A stretch of DNA of 10,966 nucleotides from Elusimicrobiota bacterium (GTDB lineage: Bacteria; Elusimicrobiota; Elusimicrobia; Elusimicrobiales; UBA9959): the NCBI GenBank assembly GCA_027340875.1, contig DAIENX010000028.1:1-10966 (forward strand), written 5' to 3'. Within the stretch, counting starts at the first letter, position 1, and the number at the start of each line of letters is the position of its first letter. A program made the translations under genes and the position numbers. Below the pieces are notes generated by a model, which did not search any database, had not been told where the DNA came from, and saw only the letters and a program-made list of their open reading frames with translations. This document shows positions 5,197-10,966 of the stretch, in pieces.

Positions 5197-7982
5197 TTCT
5201 TGTTCTTTCTCGGCGCGCGCAGCTGCGACTGGGCGGCCGAGAGTATGGCTATCGGCACGCGGAACGGGGAACAGGACACGTAGTTCAAGCCCACCTTGTG
5301 GCAGAACTCCACCGAGGCCGGCTCGCCTCCCTGCTCGCCGCAGATGCCGATCTTGAGGTCCTTGCGGGTCTTGCGGCCGCGCTCGACCGTGATCTTGATC
5401 AGCTCGCCGACGCCGGTCTGGTCGATGCTCTGGAACGGGTCCACCGGCAGCAGCTTCTTCTCGGCGTACTCCTTAAGGAAGTAGCCCGAGTCGTCGCGGG
5501 AATAGCCGAACGTCATCTGCGTCAGGTCGTTCGTGCCGAACGAGAAGAACTGCATGGTCTCGGCGAGCTTCCCGGCGATCAGGCAGGCGCGGGGGATCTC
5601 GATCATCGTGCCGACCATGTACTGGAACTTAACTCCGCGGGCCTTGGAGACCTCGGAGTAGACGCGGTGGATGATCTCGGACTGGTCCTTCACCTCCGTG
5701 TCGAGGGACACGACGGGGATCATGATGTCCGGATAGACCTTGACGCCTTCCTTGTACAGCTCGGCGGCGGCCTCGAATATCGCGCGGGACTGCATCTCGG
5801 TGATCTCCGGGTAGGTCACGCCGAGTCGCACGCCGCGGTGGCCCATCATCGGGTTGCTCTCGCGCAGCGCGGTGGCGCGGGCCTCGAGGTCCTCCATCGA
5901 GATGTTCAGGGCCTTGCCGAGCTCGGCGAGCTTGTCCTGCTGGTGCGGGACGAACTCGTGCAGCGGCGGGTCCATCAGGCGGATGGTCACGTGCAGGCCT
6001 TCCATGACCTTCAGCGTGGCCTTGATGTCGTTCTTCATGAAGGGGAAGAGGTCGTTGAGCGCGGCCTTGCGCTCCTCGAGCGTCTTCGACATGATCATCT
6101 TGCGCAGCTGGAACAGCGCCGCGTCCGAACCCTTGCCGTAGAACATATGCTCGATGCGGAACAGGCCTATGCCTTCGGCGCCGAACTTGCGGGCCACGGT
6201 GGAATCGGCCGGGGTATCGGCGTTGGTCCAAACCTTGAGCGCGCGGACGCCGTTGCAGATCTTCAGGAACTCGCCCAGCATGCCGAGCGACTCGCTGGCG
6301 TCTATCATCTCCATCTTGCCCTTGTAGATGAGGCCCTTGGAGCCGTTCAGGGAGATCCAGTCGCCCTCCTTGATCGTCTCGCCGCCGAGCGAGAACTCCC
6401 TGGCGCCGTGAGCGATCTCGACCGCCGCGCAGCCGACGACGCAGCACTTGCCCCAGCCGCGGGCGACGAGCGCCGCGTGGGAGGTCATGCCGCCGCGGGC
6501 GGTCAGGATGGCCTCGGCGGCCCTCATGCCTTCGACGTCCTCGGGGTTGGTCTCCTCGCGCACAAGGATGACCTTCTTGCCGTCCTTATGCCACTTGACG
6601 GCGGCCGCGGCGGTGAACACCACCTGGCCGACGGCGCCGCCGGGGCCGGCGGGCAGACCCTTGCCGAGCGGCTTGTTCTTGGCCTCGGCCTTGGGGTCGA
6701 TGATGGGGTGCAGCAGCTCGTCGAGCTGGGACGGGGTGACGCGCATCACGGCCTCGTCCCTCGTGATCAGGCGCTCCTTGGCCATATCGATGGCCATGCG
6801 CACGGCCGCCGGGCCGTTGCGCTTGCCGACGCGGCACTGCAGCATATAGAGCTTGCCGTTCTCTACGGTGAACTCGATGTCGAGCATGTCGCGGTAGTGC
6901 TTCTCGAGCTTGCAGCGTATCGCGTAGAGCTCCTTGTAGCAGGCGGGAGAGAGCTGCTCCATCGACTTCAGGTCGCGGCTCTGGTCGGTCCGGCTGGGCT
7001 CGTTGATCGGGTGCGGGGTGCGGATGCCGGCCACGACGTCCTCGCCCTGCGCGTTCTCGAGGAACTCGCCGTAGAAGTGGTTGTCCCCGTTGCCGGGATT
7101 GCGGGTGAAGGCCACGCCGGTGGACGAGCTTTCTCCCATGTTGCCGAACACCATGCTCTGCACGTTGACGGCGGTGCCCCACTCCGCGGGGATCTTCTCG
7201 ATCTCGCGGTACTTAACGGCCTTGTTGCCCATCCAGGAGGCGAACACGGCGCCGATGGAGCCCCACAGCTGGTCCATGTGGTTGTCGGGGAACTCGGTGC
7301 CCAGCACTTCCTTGATCTTGGCCTTGAAGAGGACGGCCAGCTCCTTGAGGTCCTCGGCGGAGAGCTCGGTGTCGGCCTTGACGCCGCGCTTCTTCTTCAT
7401 GTCCTCCATGATGTGCTCGAGCTGCTTGCGGATGCCTTTGTTGTCCTCGACCTCGACGCCGGCGGCCTTTTCCATGACGACGTCGGAGTACATCATGATC
7501 AGGCGGCGGTAGGAGTCGTAGACGAAGCGCGGGTTATTGGTGCGCTTGATCATGCCGGGTATCGTGGACTCGGTCAGGCCGCAGTTCAGGATGGTCTCCA
7601 TCATGCCCGGCATGGACTTGCGGGCGCCGGAGCGCACGGAGACGAGCAGCGGGTTCTCCGGGTCGCCGAACTTCTTGCCGGTCAGCTCCTCGACGCGGCG
7701 CAAGTTCTTCTCCACGTCCTGGGTGAGGCCCTTGGGATAGGAACGCTTGTTGGCCCAGTAATAGGTGCAGATCTCGGTGGTTATCGTGAAGCCGGGGGGA
7801 ACCGGCAGGCGCAGGGCCGGGTGGCCGGCCATCTCGGCGAGGTTGGCGCCCTTGCCTCCCAGCAGGTTCTTCATGGACTCCTTGCCGTCGGCCTTGCCGC
7901 CGCCGAAGAAGTAGATCATCTTTTTGGAAATTTTAACGGAATTGGTGGACTTCGCTTTGGATTTAACGGCGGTCTTGGGCAT
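5193..7982 (-). CDS. ppdK: Pyruvate, phosphate dikinase
   Basis: LLGGKGANLAEM, LLVSVRSGA, AQGEDVVAGIRTP, GGMTSHAALVARG (phospho-His), EGIGLFR, FFSFGTNDLTQ and GICGEQGG. SD AGGAG at 7991-7995. Confidence 0.98.
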   Translation of the reverse strand: MPKTAVKSKAKSTNSVKISKKMIYFFGGGKADGKESMKNLLGGKGANLAEMAGHPALRLPVPPGFTITTEICTYYWANKRSYPKGLTQDVEKNLRRVEELTGKKFGDPENPLLVSVRSGARKSMPGMMETILNCGLTESTIPGMIKRTNNPRFVYDSYRRLIMMYSDVVMEKAAGVEVEDNKGIRKQLEHIMEDMKKKRGVKADTELSAEDLKELAVLFKAKIKEVLGTEFPDNHMDQLWGSIGAVFASWMGNKAVKYREIEKIPAEWGTAVNVQSMVFGNMGESSSTGVAFTRNPGNGDNHFYGEFLENAQGEDVVAGIRTPHPINEPSRTDQSRDLKSMEQLSPACYKELYAIRCKLEKHYRDMLDIEFTVENGKLYMLQCRVGKRNGPAAVRMAIDMAKERLITRDEAVMRVTPSQLDELLHPIIDPKAEAKNKPLGKGLPAGPGGAVGQVVFTAAAAVKWHKDGKKVILVREETNPEDVEGMRAAEAILTARGGMTSHAALVARGWGKCCVVGCAAVEIAHGAREFSLGGETIKEGDWISLNGSKGLIYKGKMEMIDASESLGMLGEFLKICNGVRALKVWTNADTPADSTVARKFGAEGIGLFRIEHMFYGKGSDAALFQLRKMIMSKTLEERKAALNDLFPFMKNDIKATLKVMEGLHVTIRLMDPPLHEFVPHQQDKLAELGKALNISMEDLEARATALRESNPMMGHRGVRLGVTYPEITEMQSRAIFEAAAELYKEGVKVYPDIMIPVVSLDTEVKDQSEIIHRVYSEVSKARGVKFQYMVGTMIEIPRACLIAGKLAETMQFFSFGTNDLTQMTFGYSRDDSGYFLKEYAEKKLLPVDPFQSIDQTGVGELIKITVERGRKTRKDLKIGICGEQGGEPASVEFCHKVGLNYVSCSPFRVPIAILSAAQSQLRAPRKNKK

Positions 7983-8035
7983 ATTCTTGGCTCCTGATTG
8001 GTCTTCGCTTTTCTGCCCGCGGGTGCGGGGGGTAC

Positions 8036-8056
8036 AAAGCCCCTTTGCGGGGCTTT
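8036..8056. terminator. GC-rich stem-loop (possible bidirectional terminator or 5'-UTR hairpin of ppdK)
   Basis: AAAGCCCC-TTTGC-GGGGCTTT forms a perfect 8-bp inverted repeat with short T tails on both strands. Confidence 0.45.
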
Positions 8057-8061
8057 ATTCG

Positions 8062-8091
8062 ATAATACTAAATAGGGGGGCGGGGGGGCAA
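8062..8091 (-). promoter_or_regulatory. Putative sigma70 promoter of the ppdK-gmk-rpoZ-udg-priA unit
   Basis: Minus strand TTGCCC (8091-8086), an 18-nt spacer and TATTAT (8067-8062), within an AT-rich patch of the intergenic region. Confidence 0.5.
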
Positions 8092-8118
8092 TGGGCCCGG
8101 GGATGTTCGATGAGCCGG

Positions 8119-8313
8119 TTATTTCACGAATTTACGCTCGAGGTACTCTATCCCCATAGGTATCAGGAAGAAGAGGAGCACCAGGACGCAAAAGGAGAAG
8201 GCGACGCCGCCCAGGCGGCGCAGGAACGGGTCCAGGCCGGTAGACTGGAACACCAGGGCCGCCAGGATGATGCCTATGAAGCGGTTCCGCTTCTTTACGT
8301 CAGAGAGCTTCAC
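8119..8313 (-). CDS. Small hypothetical membrane protein (two predicted TM helices)
   Basis: Basic N-terminus (KKRNR) and hydrophobic stretches FIGIILAALVF and LGGVAFSFCVLVLLFFLIPMGI. The GTG start overlaps the ptrB stop (GTGA at 8313-8310). Confidence 0.65.
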   Translation of the reverse strand: MKLSDVKKRNRFIGIILAALVFQSTGLDPFLRRLGGVAFSFCVLVLLFFLIPMGIEYLERKFVK

Positions 8314-10406
8314 TTCCTTATACCCTCCAGGTCGAGCATGAAGGCGTACTCCAGCGCGTCCAGGCGGAGGGACTCGAAGCGGCCGGATTTGCCTCCGTGC
8401 CCGGTGTCCATATCGGTCTTCAGCAGCAGCAGGTTATGGTCGGTCTTCAGCGCTCGCAGCTTGGCGGCCCACTTGGCCGGCTCCCAGTACTGCACCTGGG
8501 AGTCGTTCAGGCCCGTGGTTATCAGCATGTTCGGATAGGCCTGCCGGCTCACGTTGTCGTAGGGGGAATAGGAGAGGATATAGTCGTAGTACTCCTTAAT
8601 GTTGGGGTTGCCCCACTCGTCGTACTCCCCGGTGGTAAGAGGTATGTCCGGGTCCAGCATCGTGGTCACCACGTCCACGAAAGGCACGTCCGCTATTATC
8701 CCCCGGTAGAGCTGAGGGGCCATGTTGGCCACGGCCCCCATCAGCAGCCCGCCCGCGGAACCGCCCTGCGCGTAGACGTGAGCCGGTGAGGTGTAGCCGT
8801 CGTCGATCAGGTGCTTGGTGGCGTCGATGAAGTCGTAGAAGGTGTTCTTCTTCTTAAGCTGGCGCCCCTCCTCGTACCAGCGCCGCCCCATCTCCGAGCC
8901 GCCCCGGATGTGCGGGATAGCGCAGATGAAGCCTCGGTCCAGCAGGGAGAGGCGTATCGTGCTGAAATAAGGGTCGGTGCTGTAGCCGTAAGAGCCGTAG
9001 GAATAGATATAGACCGGGTTCCTGCCGCTCTTCAGGTCTATGCCCTTGCGGTAGACCAGCGACATGGGCACCTTCTCCCCGTCCCTGGCCGTCACCCAGA
9101 CGCGCTCCTCCGCGTAGTCCTCCGGCTTGAAGCCGCCCAGGACCTCCTGCCGCTTCATCAGCTTCTTCGCCCCGGTGTTCAGGTCCACGTCATATACGGA
9201 TTCGGGGGTAGTGAGCGACTCGTAGGTCAGGCGCAGCGTATCGGTACGGTACTCGAAGTTGTCCCCGAGCTCGGCCATGTAGGCCGGCTCGTCGAAATCT
9301 ATCCAGGAGTCCTTGCCGGTGGCGCGGTTGATGATCCGGAAACGCCCCAGGGCGTTGGACCGCTCCTTCAGCACCAGCCAGTGCTCGAAGACGTCGATAT
9401 ACTCTATCAGCGTATCCTCCCGCCCGGGGACCAGTTCCGTCCATGACTCCATGGCCGTGGAGGAGGAAGGGCAGACCGAGACCTTGAAATTCCTGGCGCC
9501 GGAGTTGCTTAGCACGTAGAACCTGTCGCCGCCGTCCTGCACGTCGTACTCCAGTTTCGGCTGCCGCTGCTGGAACAACCGCGGCGGCTCCGCCGGGGCG
9601 TCGGCGTCGACCAGGCGGTACTCCGTGGAAAGGGTGGAGCCTGAGCGCAGGAAGATGTATTTGTCCGTGTTGGACTTGGAGACCTCGACCTCGAAGGTCT
9701 CGTCGGGCTCGTAATAGACCTCGCGGTCAGGTCCGCCGCCCAGCTCGTGGGCGTAGACCCGCTCCCAGCGCAGCGTCTCCGTGTCCTGCCTGACGTAGAA
9801 GAGCGTGCGGTTGTCGTTGGCCCAGGTCATGTTGCCCGCCGTGCGCTCTATCTTCTCCTCCAGGGTCTTGCCTGTCTCCAGGTCCTTGAAATACACGTCG
9901 AAGAAGCGCCGGCCGCCGGTATCCATGGCGTAGGCTATCATCCTGTGGTCGGGGCGGATGGAGGGGAAGCGGACCTGGCAGAAGGCCTTCCCTTTCGCCA
10001 GCTCGTTCACGTCGAGTATTATCTCCTCGGGGCCGTCGGGCGAACCCTTCCTCCGGGCGTATACCGGATACTCCGCCCCGGTCCTGTAGGTCTTGTAATA
10101 GTAATACCCGCCGTATTTGAACGGGACCGTGGAGTCGTCCTGCTTTATGCGCGCCTTCATCTCCGCGAAGAGGGACTCCTGGAACTTCGCGGAGTGCTTC
10201 ATCGCCGCGTCGGCATAGGCGTTCTCCGCGCGGAGATATTCCATGACCTCCGGCTTGCCGCGCTCCTTGAGCCAGTAATAGTCGTCGATACGCGCCTCGC
10301 CGTGCTTCTCCAGCCGGTGCGGCAGCTTTTTGGCGGCCGGCGGCTCGCCGGCCAGCGAAACGGAATTAGCGGCCATGAAGGCCGCCAGCAGCAGGGATGT
10401 TCTCAT
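8310..10406 (-). CDS. ptrB: Oligopeptidase B (protease II, S9A family) with N-terminal signal peptide
   Basis: RIDDYYWL, YSYGSYG, HIRGGSEMG, catalytic GGSAGG (Ser), NDSQV (Asp), GHGG (His) and TTGEYDEWGNP specificity motif. Leader MRTSLLLAAFMAANSVSLA. Confidence 0.95.
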   Translation of the reverse strand: MRTSLLLAAFMAANSVSLAGEPPAAKKLPHRLEKHGEARIDDYYWLKERGKPEVMEYLRAENAYADAAMKHSAKFQESLFAEMKARIKQDDSTVPFKYGGYYYYKTYRTGAEYPVYARRKGSPDGPEEIILDVNELAKGKAFCQVRFPSIRPDHRMIAYAMDTGGRRFFDVYFKDLETGKTLEEKIERTAGNMTWANDNRTLFYVRQDTETLRWERVYAHELGGGPDREVYYEPDETFEVEVSKSNTDKYIFLRSGSTLSTEYRLVDADAPAEPPRLFQQRQPKLEYDVQDGGDRFYVLSNSGARNFKVSVCPSSSTAMESWTELVPGREDTLIEYIDVFEHWLVLKERSNALGRFRIINRATGKDSWIDFDEPAYMAELGDNFEYRTDTLRLTYESLTTPESVYDVDLNTGAKKLMKRQEVLGGFKPEDYAEERVWVTARDGEKVPMSLVYRKGIDLKSGRNPVYIYSYGSYGYSTDPYFSTIRLSLLDRGFICAIPHIRGGSEMGRRWYEEGRQLKKKNTFYDFIDATKHLIDDGYTSPAHVYAQGGSAGGLLMGAVANMAPQLYRGIIADVPFVDVVTTMLDPDIPLTTGEYDEWGNPNIKEYYDYILSYSPYDNVSRQAYPNMLITTGLNDSQVQYWEPAKWAAKLRALKTDHNLLLLKTDMDTGHGGKSGRFESLRLDALEYAFMLDLEGIRK

Positions 10407-10434
10407 ACTCAGCCTTGCAGGGCACGCAGGAAGG

Positions 10435-10767
10435 CTAGATGCCCATCCGGGCCAGTATCATGCAGATCTCGTTGACTACCGAGACCAGCTGAGGATGGGA
10501 AACCTCGAAGCCCTTTACCGCGTAGGAGATGCCGGAGATGGAGAGGTTGCGCAGCTGCATGCTGGCGTTCTCCCTCGTGACCTCGTGCGCGGCCGCCTCC
10601 GTGAAATAGCCGATGCTCTTGACCTCGTCCAGGCGCGATTCCGGAAGCTCGGCCAGCTCCGTCTTGAGCTTCCCGAGCAGCGCGACAAGCTCGTCCTTCT
10701 CCTCCGATTTGCCGGCCTGTATCTTGGCGATGGCGGACTCTATCTTCGCGAGGGTATTTTTTATCAC
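10435..10767 (-). CDS. DUF4404-like small helical protein
   Basis: The C-terminus FEVSHPQLVSVVNEICMILARMGI matches the DUF4404-type 'FE-SHP-L...L--MGI' ending. The start is placed at GTG 10767 (110 aa) because GGAGG lies at 10772-10776 and a promoter lies inside the longer ORF's 5' end. Confidence 0.75.
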   Translation of the reverse strand: MIKNTLAKIESAIAKIQAGKSEEKDELVALLGKLKTELAELPESRLDEVKSIGYFTEAAAHEVTRENASMQLRNLSISGISYAVKGFEVSHPQLVSVVNEICMILARMGI

Positions 10768-10793
10768 GTTGCCTCCGTTCCCGAGGAACTCAA

Positions 10794-10822
10794 AAACTAT
10801 CAAATAGTCCCCGGCGTGTCAA
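10794..10822 (-). promoter_or_regulatory. Sigma70 promoter for the DUF4404-ptrB unit
   Basis: Minus strand TTGACA (10822-10817), a 17-nt spacer ending in TGA (extended -10 TGn) and TAGTTT (10799-10794). The predicted TSS is about 20 nt before the GTG. Confidence 0.65.
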
Positions 10823-10834
10823 TTCCCCGTTTTA

Positions 10835-10892
10835 AATCACTTAAAATGTTACCGAAGCGGACATCGTTGAATCAATTAAGATGTTACCGAAG
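10835..10892 (+). repeat. Two 23-bp direct repeats at a 35-bp period (putative transposase-binding sites)
   Basis: AATCACTTAAAATGTTACCGAAG (10835-10857) and AATCAATTAAGATGTTACCGAAG (10870-10892) are 21/23 identical. Confidence 0.85.
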
Positions 10893-10918
10893 GGGGCCTT
10901 CCCCCTCGGGAGGCATCC

Positions 10919-10966
10919 ATGATGAGCCCTCAGGCGAAGTGGGAATACATGAAGACGATCTACGAG
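10919..10966 (+). CDS. N-terminus of a putative integrase-core (DDE) transposase, truncated by the window edge
   Basis: SD GGGAGG (10908-10913) precedes an ATG and the frame MMSPQAKWEYMKTIYE. From memory this resembles the 'MS---R-EYL--I--RY' start of ISNCY/rve-type transposases. Only 16 codons are visible. Confidence 0.55.
   Translation, partial: MMSPQAKWEYMKTIYE

Larger units (their letters stand above)
10817..10966 (+). mobile_element. Probable left end of a DDE/integrase-type insertion sequence (left boundary uncertain, about 10817-10828)
   Basis: Possible TGT terminus, an AT-rich segment with two 23-bp direct repeats, then a hairpin, an SD and a transposase-like N-terminus. Confidence 0.6.

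Noticed and set aside
5298..7997. 899-aa plus-strand ORF antisense to ppdK (also 404-1402, 1032-2804, 3371-4228, 4432-5283, 8811-9446, 9747-10475)
   Set aside because: These are shadow ORFs expected opposite high-GC3 genes. They have no recognisable motifs and largely overlap clear housekeeping genes.
7983..8060. ppdK leader as a c-di-GMP-I riboswitch (GCAAA and GAAA words present)
   Set aside because: The required P1/P2/P3 order and tetraloop-receptor arrangement are not present.
10768..10803. Longer start for the DUF4404 ORF given in the ORF track
   Set aside because: This segment contains the predicted -10 box and SD. GTG 10767 is better supported.
10835..10857. ATGTTA core as a dif/XerD site
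   Set aside because: Only a partial match to TTATGTTAAAT, with no XerC arm at 6-bp spacing. The direct-repeat layout fits transposase-binding sites better.
10835..10892. Direct repeats as a mini CRISPR array
   Set aside because: Only two units with a 12-nt spacer, far too short, and no cas genes in the window.

Overview
GC-rich bacterial chromosomal window. Nearly all genes lie on the minus strand. Read 5'->3' on that strand they are: DUF4404-like small protein, oligopeptidase B (S9A, with signal peptide), a 64-aa membrane protein, ppdK, gmk, a divergent rpoZ (omega) candidate, family-4 uracil-DNA glycosylase, priA, tyrS, and the start of a secreted hypothetical protein. Most of this is housekeeping and I cannot support a wholly new multi-gene system. 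Four features stand out. (1) PriA keeps its N-terminal domain and 8-Cys Zn module but has lost the Walker A/B and motif III/VI catalytic residues, so it is probably a pseudohelicase. (2) An 89-bp REPIN/MITE-like inverted repeat abuts the priA start codon. (3) The window ends in what looks like the left end of a DDE/integrase-type IS, with two 23-bp direct repeats, an RBS-overlapping hairpin and an outward-facing TTGACA that may form a hybrid promoter. (4) tyrS may be transcribed as a leaderless mRNA. All family calls come from motif recognition by eye, not database searches.
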